The notes under the pieces were generated by a model. That model had not been told where the DNA came from and did not search any database. It saw only the letters and a list, made by a program, of their open reading frames with translations. Of a stretch of DNA of 64,000 bases, positions 36,306-47,088 are shown piece by piece; the first letter of the stretch is position 1, and every line of letters starts with the position of its first letter. The stretch covers positions 16,306,001-16,370,000 of the forward strand of contig JBHGNT010000011.1 of NCBI GenBank assembly GCA_043228905.1. Reading direction: 5' to 3'. The position numbers and the translations under genes are program-made. Origin of the DNA: Azolla caroliniana (Eukaryota > Plantae > Polypodiophyta).

Positions 36306-36429
36306 AAAAGTCCCGCAAGACCACGAAAAGGAGCAAGAAAGGAGTGGAAGTAACCGTGACACCAAATTGGATGACAAATTCGATTTCCTATCAGCTGAAA
36401 AAGCCGAAGGCGGATCCGCGGAAGAGTCC

Positions 36430-36941
36430 TTGTTACACACAAACATGCATAGGCATTATATGTCGAATGTTTCAAATCTAAGATGATATGAATACTATCG
36501 GCAAGACCTATTATTGGATATTGGAAAAAACAAAAGAACCCATCATGAGTGCATAGCCCAATGGTGGAGCAATCGGTTGCAGTCAGATAGGTCATCTGTT
36601 TAATCCTCCTTGTGCCCTAAAGCAAGAAGAGTATAGATTACCTCCAATAACACTCACAACCCGAGATTATTAATTAAAAATCTTTGCAAACGAACATGTG
36701 TATCGCTTATGTGTCAAATATAACATGGTATGAATACTATTAGCAAGATTTTGGGTGGATATTGGAATCAAACAAAAGAATCCACCAAGGGTGCATAGCT
36801 CAGTGGTAGAGCAATCAACTACAGTCCCATAGGTCATTAGTTTAATCTTGATTGTGGTCTAAAACAAGAAGAGTAGGGATTATCTTTAACAACACTTACA
36901 TCCTAAGAATATTAATTGCAAATTGTTACACACAAACATGC
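36430..36941 (+). repeat. tRNA-Cys satellite, block 2 (2 copies)
   Basis: Degenerate copies at 36547 and 36789 with the same spacers. Confidence 0.9.
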
Positions 36942-37417
36942 TGTAAAGCTTTGACGCTATCAAATCTTTCGCCTCTCGGCCACAACCGAGACAACACGGA
37001 TCAATGCAGCAGAAAAATGAAAACAGAGACACAGAGAGATGAATACACAGGGTATAACGTGGAAAACCCTAAACAGGAAAAACCACGGGAGTGCACGACT
37101 CCAACTACCACTATACACTGGAATATACAATGGCGAGCTGCAAGGCGACGACCTTGAGCTCGCTGTCCTCGCCACAGGCGGCGGTATTACACAGAGGCGT
37201 CGACCTCTTCGTTTCTCTCTCTCTCTCTCTCGGCTGCTCTCACTTCGCTCCCTCTAAGTGGAAAAACAGACAATGAGCAACAACCACATAAAACTGTTTG
37301 CCCTAAGTCATATTTATACACATATGACTTTCGGGCTATTTACAAATATAGCCTCAAGGGCTCTTGGCAAACATATTCACAAATATGTCTCCGCATCCGG
37401 ATCTCTCTCCGGGTACA

Positions 37418-37634
37418 TTCATCATCCGGTTCCGTAACCGGGGTCTTCATCATCCGGCTCCGTAACCGGGGTCTTCATCATCCGGCTCCGTAACCGGGGT
37501 CTTCATCATCCGGCTCCGTAACCGGGGTCTTCATCATCCGGTTCCGTAACCGGGGTCTTCATCATCCGGCTCCGTAACCGGGGTCTTCATCATCCGGCTC
37601 CGTAACCGGGGTCTTCATCATCCGGTTCCGTAAC
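37418..37634. repeat. 28-bp minisatellite in the Copia-5 3' LTR (about 8 units)
   Basis: CCGGGGTCTTCATCATCCGG(C/T)TCCGTAA in tandem. Confidence 0.95.
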
Positions 37635-37707
37635 CGCAACCGGGCTTGCCGTCATTCATCTCCGGACATCCCATCCGGAGGGACCGTAATCCCAACAAAC
37701 TCCCCCT

Positions 37708-40700
37708 TCACTTCGGCATGGGATGTCTCTCCAATCCGATCCTCTTCCGGCATGCTTCCAGCTTGTCGGGTGTGAGCACCTTGGTCAGCATATCCGACCC
37801 GTTCTCGTCCGTGTGGAGCTTCGTCAGCACGAACTCCTTGTCTTCTATCCTTTCCCGGATCCAGTGATATCTTCGCTGGATGTGCTTCGTCCGGGAGTGA
37901 TAGGCCGCGTTCTTCGCAAGGTGGATTGCACTCTGACTGTCGCAGTAGAGTCGGTACTCCTCCTGCCGGATACCGAGCTCTCTAATGAAGTCCTTCATCC
38001 ATATTACTTCCTTGCCGGCTTCAACAGCTGCCATGTACTCCGACTCCGTGGTTGACAACGCAACCGTCTTCTGCAGCCTCGATTGCCACGAAACGGCTCC
38101 CCCTGCATACGTCATCACATACCCTGATGTGGACCGGCTGGTATCTGCATCAGCCGACATATCCGAATCGGTGAAGCCGTCGAGTTCGGGCTTACCGGAG
38201 CCGAATCGGAGGCACACATTCGCTGTGCCCTTCAGGTATCGGAGTATCCACTTGACCGCGTTCCAGTGCTCTTTGCCGGGATTGCTCATGTACCGGCTCA
38301 CCACTCCGACTGCGTATCCTATATCCGGTCTCGTACACACCATGGCGTACATCAAGCTCCCGACGGCTGAGGCATACGGCACTTTCATCATATCCTCCTT
38401 TTCAGCTTTTGTCTTGGGACATTGCTTGCTGGACAGCTTGCAGTTTGCCGGGAGGGTCGATCCGACCGGTCTTGCTTCCGACATGTTGAACCGGTGAAGC
38501 ACCTTCGTCACGTACTTCTCCTGTGACAGCCACAACTGCTTCTTCTTCCGGTCCCGGATGATGTGCATCCCTAGTATTTGCCTCGCCGGACCCAGGTCCT
38601 TCATTGAGAAGGTTCGGTGAAGAGCCTTCTTCAGCATCCGTATCTTGACCTGGTCCCGTCCGACGATCAACATGTCGTCCACGTACAGGAGGAGTATTAG
38701 AGAGTCTCCTCCTTCGAACTTCTTCACAAACACGCAGTGATCAGCCTGCGTTTTGTGGTACCCTTCGTCGGTCATGAAGGAGTCGAACTTCCGGTACCAT
38801 TGCCGGGGAGCCTGCTTCAGTCCGTAAAGGCTCTTCTTCAACCGGCATACCAGGTGCTCCTTCCCTTTCTTCTCGAATCCTTCCGGTTGCTGCATGTAGA
38901 TCTCTTCTTCGAGGTCACCGTGAAGGAATGCCGTCTTCACGTCCATCTGTTCTACCTCGAGGTCCATGCTTGCCGCTATGCTCAGCACCGTCCGGATGGA
39001 GGTCATCTTCACTACCGGGGCAAATATCTCGTCGAAGTCGACGCCCTTCTTCTGCTGGAACCCCTTCACCACGATCCTGGCTTTGTATCTCTGGGGGTTT
39101 CCGGCATCTCCCGGTTTCAGCTTGAACACCCACTTGTTTCGAAGTGCCCGCTTTCCTTTCGGCAACTCCACAAGTTCATATGTGTGGTTCTCATGCAGGG
39201 AATCCATCTCCTCCTGCATGGCACTTAACCACCTGCGGCTCTGGGTGTCGTGCTTTGCTTCTTCAAAGCTCTCCGGCTCCCCCTCGTCGGTTAGCAGCAC
39301 GTGCTCTGGTTCCGGAAATCTCCGGGGGGCCCTTCTCTCTCTTAGAGGATATCTCCGTTCGGGAGCTTCGGTAACCGGTTCTTCCGATTCTTCTTCTTCA
39401 TCCGAATCCATTTCGGGATCGGGGCCGGTTCCGGTATCATTTTCATCTTCTTCAGCCGGTTCTGTTTCTTCACCGTCTTCGGCCGGGTCTTCGAGTGTTA
39501 ACCGGTCCCTTGCCGGTCGGGACAGCTCCTCGTAGAGTTGATCCTCACCGGTCGACTTGGAGCTCCTTACCTTCTTGTCCGACTCCCAGTCGGCGAGTGT
39601 CTTGTCCTCCATGAAGATGATGTCTCGACTCCTGAATATCTTCTTGTCGACCGGGTCCCATACTCGGTAGCCGAACTCGTCGTCGCCGTAACCGAGGAAT
39701 ATGCATGGCCGGGTCTTAGGATCTAGCTTTCCTCTCCGGTCCTTTGCCACATGCACGTATGCGAGACACCCGAACACCTTCAGATGCCGGTAGGACACTT
39801 CCTTACCGGTCCACACTCTCTGCGGCGTGTCTCCGTCCAAAGGAACTGAGGGTGATCTGTTTATCACATATGTCGCCGTCGACATTGCCTCAGCCCAAAA
39901 CCCCTTGGGTAATTTCGCATGCGCCAGCATACTCCGGACCCGCTCCATTATGGTCCGGTTCATCCTCTCGGCCAGCCCGTTCAGTTCCGGCGTCTTCGGC
40001 ACAGTAAACTCGAGCCGGATTCCCTTCGAGCGGCAGTACTCCTGGAACTGCCCCCGGTATTCCCCTCCGTTATCCGCTCGTATCGCTTTCAGCTTCTTGC
40101 CGGATTCTCTTTCCACTCTCGCGTGGAGTTCTCTGAAGACGGACAACACTTGGTCCTTTGTCTTCAACGGTGCCGTCCACAGATTCCGGCTGTGATCATC
40201 AATGAATGTCACGAAGTACTGGGCTCCGCCATGTGACTTCGTTTCTACCTGACACACATCAGTGTGCACCAGCTCCAAGGGTGCGCTACGTCTCGTCGGT
40301 GGCCTTGAGTGGAAGGAGGTCCGGTTTTGCTTACCGGCCAGGCAGTCGGTGCACTTCTCCAGGTGCACATGCTTCACTGGAATAAGGTTGTCTTCTGCAA
40401 GCCTCTTCATCCCCTTCTCACTCATGTGGCACAGTCTTTTGTGCCACAGCTCACTGGCAGTGTCGGCTGCTACATTCAGCTCTTCCGGACATAACCGGGC
40501 ATTCATCAGGTACAGAGTGTTGACCTTCCGGGCCCGAGCCACTATCAGGCTCCCCTTGCTGAACTTCATTACGCCGTTCCGGATGCTACCCGTGTAGCCT
40601 TCATCATCTAGCCTCCCGGCCGAGATCAGGTTCAATCGGACCTCCGGAACGTGTCGCACATCCTTCAACAGCATCTTGCATCCGGTTGATGTCATCAGCC

Positions 40701-41784
40701 ACACGTCTCCTATGCCGGCTATCCGGCACGTACCTTCATTTCCCATCCGGACACAGCCGTGCTCACCGGCTGTGTAGGATGAGAAGTATTTCTTCTCCGG
40801 GGTCAGGTGGAACGACGCTCCGGAATCGACCACCCAGGTCATCTCTACGCCGGCAAGGTTCAGCTCCCTCTCTTCGGTAATGAGCATTATCTCTTCTTCA
40901 CTTGCCGCGAGTGCCGTCGTTCCTTTCCGGTCCTGCCCTCGCCGATCCGGACCTCTCCGGTCCGTGGCTCCCCGGTATGCACCGTTTCTCTCCGGTGATT
41001 TCTTCGAATCGGTGTCGTCGGCTCCGTTGTCCTTTCGGTAATGCCGACAATTTTTCCGGAAGTGCCCCGGCTTCCCACAGTGGAAGCAAATGGGTCTTCC
41101 TCTTGACTGCGACCGGGTCCCCGACTTCTCCCGTCTTTGCGGACTCCGGTTCCAGTGTCTTCCCCGTTCCGATTCGGTAAGCAGCGCCTTCGAGTCGGAG
41201 GCCGGTTCTTTATCTCTCCGACGCGCTTCTTCATTTAGAATACTTGTCTTTACCGTTTGTAGGGACAAGTTGTCTTCCGTGCAGGAGGTGCTGAGAGTCA
41301 CCACCAAGTTCTCCCAGCTGTCCGGCAATGTACACATCAGGATGATGGCTTGCATTGCATCCTCCAACGGGAACTTGATCGCCGCAAGCTGGTTCACGAA
41401 TCCCATGAACGTGCTTACGTGTTCCACCATACTCTCGCCGTCCCGGTACTTGAGATTCACAATCTTCCTCATCAGGGAGGTCCGGTTCAACGCATTCTTC
41501 CTCTCATAGAGGCCCGACAGCTTCTTCCACATCTCGTATGCGTTGGTGTCGTTCGCCACATGTTGTAGGACGCTTACATCGACGTATTGTCGGATCGTCG
41601 CTACGGCTTTCCGGTTCAGGAGCTTCCACTCCGACTCAAGTACCCCTTTCGGTATTTCCGACCTGTCAATCGGTTCGTACAGGTCCCGAACAATCAGAAG
41701 ATCCTCCATCTTGATCTTCCAGTCGGCGTAATTCTGTGCATTCAGCACCATCATCATCGGCTGCCCGCTGCCGCCGCCTTCCAT
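37708..41784 (-). CDS. Copia gag-pol polyprotein
   Basis: Uninterrupted ORF highly similar to 3453-7526; start MEGGGSG at 41784. Confidence 0.95.
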   Translation of the reverse strand: MEGGGSGQPMMMVLNAQNYADWKIKMEDLLIVRDLYEPIDRSEIPKGVLESEWKLLNRKAVATIRQYVDVSVLQHVANDTNAYEMWKKLSGLYERKNALNRTSLMRKIVNLKYRDGESMVEHVSTFMGFVNQLAAIKFPLEDAMQAIILMCTLPDSWENLVVTLSTSCTEDNLSLQTVKTSILNEEARRRDKEPASDSKALLTESERGRHWNRSPQRREKSGTRSQSRGRPICFHCGKPGHFRKNCRHYRKDNGADDTDSKKSPERNGAYRGATDRRGPDRRGQDRKGTTALAASEEEIMLITEERELNLAGVEMTWVVDSGASFHLTPEKKYFSSYTAGEHGCVRMGNEGTCRIAGIGDVWLMTSTGCKMLLKDVRHVPEVRLNLISAGRLDDEGYTGSIRNGVMKFSKGSLIVARARKVNTLYLMNARLCPEELNVAADTASELWHKRLCHMSEKGMKRLAEDNLIPVKHVHLEKCTDCLAGKQNRTSFHSRPPTRRSAPLELVHTDVCQVETKSHGGAQYFVTFIDDHSRNLWTAPLKTKDQVLSVFRELHARVERESGKKLKAIRADNGGEYRGQFQEYCRSKGIRLEFTVPKTPELNGLAERMNRTIMERVRSMLAHAKLPKGFWAEAMSTATYVINRSPSVPLDGDTPQRVWTGKEVSYRHLKVFGCLAYVHVAKDRRGKLDPKTRPCIFLGYGDDEFGYRVWDPVDKKIFRSRDIIFMEDKTLADWESDKKVRSSKSTGEDQLYEELSRPARDRLTLEDPAEDGEETEPAEEDENDTGTGPDPEMDSDEEEESEEPVTEAPERRYPLRERRAPRRFPEPEHVLLTDEGEPESFEEAKHDTQSRRWLSAMQEEMDSLHENHTYELVELPKGKRALRNKWVFKLKPGDAGNPQRYKARIVVKGFQQKKGVDFDEIFAPVVKMTSIRTVLSIAASMDLEVEQMDVKTAFLHGDLEEEIYMQQPEGFEKKGKEHLVCRLKKSLYGLKQAPRQWYRKFDSFMTDEGYHKTQADHCVFVKKFEGGDSLILLLYVDDMLIVGRDQVKIRMLKKALHRTFSMKDLGPARQILGMHIIRDRKKKQLWLSQEKYVTKVLHRFNMSEARPVGSTLPANCKLSSKQCPKTKAEKEDMMKVPYASAVGSLMYAMVCTRPDIGYAVGVVSRYMSNPGKEHWNAVKWILRYLKGTANVCLRFGSGKPELDGFTDSDMSADADTSRSTSGYVMTYAGGAVSWQSRLQKTVALSTTESEYMAAVEAGKEVIWMKDFIRELGIRQEEYRLYCDSQSAIHLAKNAAYHSRTKHIQRRYHWIRERIEDKEFVLTKLHTDENGSDMLTKVLTPDKLEACRKRIGLERHPMPK

Positions 41785-42288
41785 TTTCTGCAACAGTCGC
41801 TCTGATACCACTTTGTAAAGCTTTGACGCTATCAAATCTTTCGCCTCTCGGCCACAACCGAGACAACACGGATCAATGCAGCAGAAAAATGAAAACAGAG
41901 ACACAGAGAGATGAATACACAGGGTATAACGTGGAAAACCCTAAACAGGAAAAACCACGGGAGTGCACGACTCCAACTACCACTATACACTGGAATATAC
42001 AATGGCGAGCTGCAAGGCGACGACCTTGAGCTCGCTGTCCTCGCCACAGGCGGCGGTATTACACAGAGGCGTCGACCTCTTCGTTTCTCTCTCTCTCTCT
42101 CTCGGCTGCTCTCACTTCGCTCCCTCTAAGTGGAAAAACAGACAATGAGCAACAACCACATAAAACTGTTTGCCCTAAGTCATATTTATACACATATGAC
42201 TTTCGGGCTATTTACAAATATAGCCTCAAGGGCTCTTGGCAAACATATTCACAAATATGTCTCCGCATCCGGATCTCTCTCCGGGTAC

Positions 42289-42477
42289 ATTCATCATCCG
42301 GTTCCGTAACCGGGGTCTTCATCATCCGGCTCCGTAACCGGGGTCTTCATCATCCGGCTCCGTAACCGGGGTCTTCATCATCCGGTTCCGTAACCGGGGT
42401 CTTCATCATCCGGCTCCGTAACCGGGGTCTTCATCATCCGGCTCCGTAACCGGGGTCTTCATCATCCGGTTCCGTAA
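42289..42477. repeat. 28-bp minisatellite in the Copia-5 5' LTR (about 7 units)
   Basis: Same unit, one copy fewer. Confidence 0.95.
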
Positions 42478-42541
42478 CCGCAACCGGGCTTGCCGTCATT
42501 CATCTCCGGACATCCCATCCGGAGGGACCGTAATCCCAACA

Positions 42542-43522
42542 CATGCATATGCCTTATGTGTCGAATGTTTCAAATATAGATGACATGACTACTATCGGTA
42601 AGACGTCTTACTATATATTGAAATAATCGAAAGAAGTAATCATGGGTGCATAACTGAGTTGTAAAGCAATCGGCTGTAGTTTGATAGATCCCTAGTTGAA
42701 TCCTACTTGTACCCTAAAGAAAAAACAGTGTAGATTATTAATTTCAAATCTTGTACCCAACAACACTCGAAACCTATGATTATTAATTTCAAATCTTTGC
42801 ACACAATCATGCGTATCCGTTATGTTTCAAATATAACACGATACAAATACTCTTGCCAAGAATCTTGTTTTATATTGGAGTTAAACAAAAGAATCCAGCA
42901 AGGGTGCATAGCTCAGTGGTAGAGCAATCGACTACAATCCTATAGGTCATTCGTTCAATCCTAGTTGCGCCCTAAAACAAGAAGAGTAGGATTACCTTTA
43001 ACAACACTTACATCCTAAGAATATTAATTGCAAATTGTTACACACAAACATGCATATGCATTATGTGTCGAATGTTTCAAATCTAAGATGATATGAATAC
43101 TATCGGCAAGACGTATTCTTGGATATTGGAATAAACTAAAGAACCAATCATGGGTGCATAGCTTAATGGTGGAGCAATCGGTTGGTGCCTGATAGGTCAT
43201 CAGTTTAATCCTCAATGTAGCCTTAAGCAAAAAGAGGATAGATTACCTCCAACAACACTCACAACCTAAGATTATTAATTTCAAATCTTTGCACATGAAC
43301 ATGATACAAATACTATTGCCAGGAATCTTGTTGGATATTGGAGTTAAACAAAAGAATCCATCAAGGGGTGCATAGCTCAGTGGTAGAGGAATTGGCTGCA
43401 GTCCGATAGGTTATCACTTCAATCTTGGTTGCGCCCTAAAACAAGAAGAGTAGGGATTATCTTTAACAACACTTACGTCCTAAGAATATTAATTGCAAAT
43501 TGTTACACAGATACGTGCATAT
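42542..43522 (+). repeat. tRNA-Cys satellite, block 3 (4 copies)
   Basis: Copies at 42644, 42902, 43152 and 43366. Confidence 0.9.
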
Positions 43523-44286
43523 TGTTAAGAGACAAGCTCAACAGTCGGTGCGTAAAACCGTGCACATAATAGGCGGTTAGGAAGTTATTCCTTGTAAGGA
43601 ATAATTTTGGGAGTGTGTGTAGTTGGCTCATATATTAGTAGTCAAGTACTGTCAGTACTTGTGTCAGCCCAATTGTCAGGGCTTGTATAAAATGTGTTCA
43701 CTGAGCACGAAGTATGTACAAGGTATGGGAAGCTCGCTACCAACTAAAAAGCTCAACAGGAGCAACTATGCATCTTAGTTGTACAAGATGCACTAGTACC
43801 TAGTCGGTCACGGCTACTGGAGTTATTTCGAAGGAGCCAATGATGTAGCACCTGATTTGACACACAGAGATTTTTTGGCTTGGGAACAAGCGGCAAGCAG
43901 AGTTCTCTACTGCTTTGCATCTTGTGTGAGCGACCAACTATTGAGTTATATTCAGGATGCTAAGACGCCAAAGGACGCGTGGGCGAATCTCCAAAAGATT
44001 TTCACCGCAAGCACAACGACCAGGAAGCTGCAGCTCAGTTAGGAGCAGAGCAATGTCCAACAGAAAGATCTGTCTGTGGCCGATTACACTGCCCGAATCA
44101 AGGAAATTTGTGACTTAGTCGGCTCCGTCAACGTGAACGTCGAGGAGGATGAGATGGTGCAAGTTTGCCTTGGTGGGCTAGTGTCCAGGTTCGGAACTTT
44201 CCAAACGGCGGTCTGTACGAGGGAGAATACGCGTTCGTTTTTCGAGCTTCAATTGATGTTGCTTGTAGAGGAAAACAACACGGGTG

Positions 44287-47088
44287 TGTTGTCGAGAGGA
44301 CAGAAATGTAAAATTAGGAAATTAGCAAATGGCGGTAGTGTAACCGAGTAGGAAAGAACGCCAGCGAGCGCCGAGTCCGAGTATCATGGGCCACCGACGG
44401 CTCGGCTGTGTATTAGGGGAAACGTTATTTAAATGAGGTCCAGTACCTCAGAGCGGAGGCAAAAAATATAGGCAGAAGCACTAGCTTAGTCCATCGTAAC
44501 TAGATAATCCTGTAAGGTCACCGGCCGTAGGTCGTGTTCTGTAATCCTTTTGGTGTTGTAGTAATATATCTAATTTGTGTCCATTTTGCTCCATGTGTCT
44601 GTGCTTTGGCTCATACTTATGATTTCAGCGCCGCCAACGCCTATCAAGATCTCGCTAGTGTTTTATCTCTGATCATTTTCTCCCTCACGAAGCCTATGTT
44701 ACGAGCCTTCACGTACCACGCCCTTGGATACCGAAAGCCGCAGGTCTATCGAAGGTGTTCACCCAAAGGAACGGGTAACACAATTTGGCACGCCCGGTGG
44801 GACACCTGGCCGATTTCGCGACACCTTTACATGCGGCAGTCCATCGCCTTCCCTTCCAATGGACGTCAATCGAGGACACGGCCTATCAGACCCTGAAACT
44901 AATGCTCTCACATGCCCCGGTGGTCTAACCTCCGGTTTGGTCCGAACCGTTTCATGTCTTTGTAGATGCTTCGGACATCGCCATCGGAAGTGCCCTGATG
45001 CAATGCACACCCCCAAATTGGTATAGGCCCGTGTACTACGCCAGCCGACGGCTCTCGACCGCGGAAAAGAACTACTCCACCACCAAGCGGGAGGCCCTCG
45101 GTATGATTTATAGCATCAATAAATTCCGGCATTACCTCTTGGGCCGGAAGTTTACCTTTCACGTGGATCACTCGGCCCTTCTTTATTTGGTCAATAAACA
45201 AGCCCTCACCGGACGGTTGGCTCGGTGGATGCTCCTATTCCAAGAGTTTGATTTCCAGATTCAGCATTGACCCGGGGTACAACACGCCGTCGCCGACTAC
45301 TTGAGCTGTCTTGACTCAGGGGAACCGGCGAAAACAATGTACGATGAGCTACCGGACGCCAGCCTATTTAACCTGACCACGATGCCAGATGATAACGAAG
45401 ATGAATGGATCACGGAGATGACCCATTTTCTCACTACTGGTTTACCTCCTGAGCACATGCCCCTTGACACGAGAAAACGCCTAGCAGTGCATAGCCGGAA
45501 TTTTTGCCTCGTCTCGGACATTCTCTACCACAAAGGCTCGGACGGCATATGGTGCCGAGCGATTCAACAATTCGAGAAGAACCCCGTTCTTTAGGAGGCC
45601 CACCAGGGAGTAGCTGGGGGGCACTACGCCGGGGATTCCACGGCAAGGAAAGTTTGGCAAAGCGGATTGTGGTGGCCGACAACAAAGAGAGACACTCACG
45701 AGTTTTGCCGGCAATGCGATTTGTGCCAACGACTGGGGCAACCAATGGAACAGTCACGCATGCCACACCAACCGATTCTTCCGTTGGACCCATTTGAAAA
45801 ATGGGGTTTGGATTTTGTAGGCCCTTTCAAACCACCCGCGGCCTGTACAGGGAATAGGTGTATTATCGTTGCCTCGGATTACTGCACCAAATGGGTCGAG
45901 GAAACATTAAGTCGCGCAGGAGAAGAATGGGCAGCCCAAGTTGCCGAATTGCATATTTTACGCGCGGACGCCGAGAACCGACGGAAGGAGGGCCACGGCT
46001 TTTACAAAATGGACGAAGCCAGCATACAAAACCTGCGTGCAGATTTAACTGAGGATTACCAGTCCTTGGCAAAATCTCACACCGCGGCAATCGAGCAAAT
46101 ACTGGAGGACTTCAATAAAGGTCAGATGCTGTTTCGCCTGGAAGCAGAAGCCTTTGAATGAGAACGACTCGCAGCCATCCCAACTAGCCCTCCAACGGCC
46201 ACAGAGCAGAAGGAAGAACCTTCCAGCGAGGGGATCACGGACACGGCACAGGAGGAACTCGCCCCGGCCAACAGACCTCCCGAGGACGCCCACACGGTAC
46301 CAGATATAGTCGAAGTAGAGGTCAGCGCCCTCGAACCCACACCACCACTAGAAGAATCGGCCGCACTTGAGGCGGACGCTCGAGAGGATATGACACCGCC
46401 GGACCAAACTCAACCCCCTGCACCGACAGGTGAACCAGACCACCCTGCCACCACCCGGACCCCGAAAACATCCTCGACATCTTAAAAGAGGAATGAAACG
46501 AGGATCACGCCTAAAAGGCAATTTTTGTAATATTGTTAGTATTTTGTAAGTCGTGGGTCCGACGGACAAGGTCTTGTCCCACGGGTGTGCCAGGTTTTGT
46601 CGAGAGGACAGAAATGTAAAATTAGGAAATTAGCAAACGACAGTAGTGTAACCGAGTAGGAAAGAACGCTAGCGAGCACCGAGTCCGAGTATCACGGGCC
46701 ACCGACGGCTCGACTGTGTATTAGGGGAAACATTATTTAAACGAGGTCCAGTACCTCAGAGCGGAGGCAGAAAATATAGGCGGAAGCACTAGCTTAGTCC
46801 ATCATAACTAGATAATCCTGTAAGGTCACCGGCCGTAGGCCGTGTTCTGTAATCCTTTTGGTGTTGTAGTAATATATCTTATTTGTGTCCATTTTGCTCC
46901 ATGTGTCTGTGCTTTGGCTCATACTTATGATTTCAGCGTCGCCCACGCCTATCAAGATCTCGCTAGTGTTTTATCTCTGATCATTTTCTCCCTCACGACG
47001 CCTCTGTTACGAGCCTTCACGTACCACGCCCTTGGATACCGAAAGCTGCAGGTCTATCGAAGGTGTTCACCCAAAGGAACAGGTAACA
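44287..47088 (+). mobile_element. Internally deleted non-autonomous Ty3/gypsy element (Athila/Tat-like, tRNA-Arg PBS)
   Basis: 494-bp LTRs at 44287-44780 and 46595-47088. TSD GGGTG at 44282-44286 and 47089-47093. PBS TGGCACGCCCGGTGGGA at 44786-44802. Only RNase H (YYASRRLSTAEKNY) and N-terminal integrase (CRQCDLCQ, WGLDFVGP) remnants remain. Confidence 0.88.

Larger units (their letters stand above)
25776..36429 (+). mobile_element. Decayed Ty1/copia 'Copia-4' (5' LTR present, 3' LTR missing), host of Chromo-1
   Basis: LTR about 25776-26154, PBS TGGTATCAGAGC at 26155-26166, fragmented gag-pol. The satellite resumes at 36430. Confidence 0.88.
36942..42541 (-). mobile_element. Intact, recent Ty1/copia 'Copia-5' (same family as Copia-2)
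   Basis: LTRs at 36942-37697 (756 bp) and 41814-42541 (728 bp), visibly differing only by one 28-bp repeat unit. TSD CATGC at 36937-36941 and 42542-42546. PBS at 41799-41810. PPT at about 37700-37714. Confidence 0.97.

Noticed and set aside
37418-37634. CRISPR-like 28-bp repeats
   Set aside because: Units are contiguous with no unique spacers, lie inside LTRs, and there are no cas genes.
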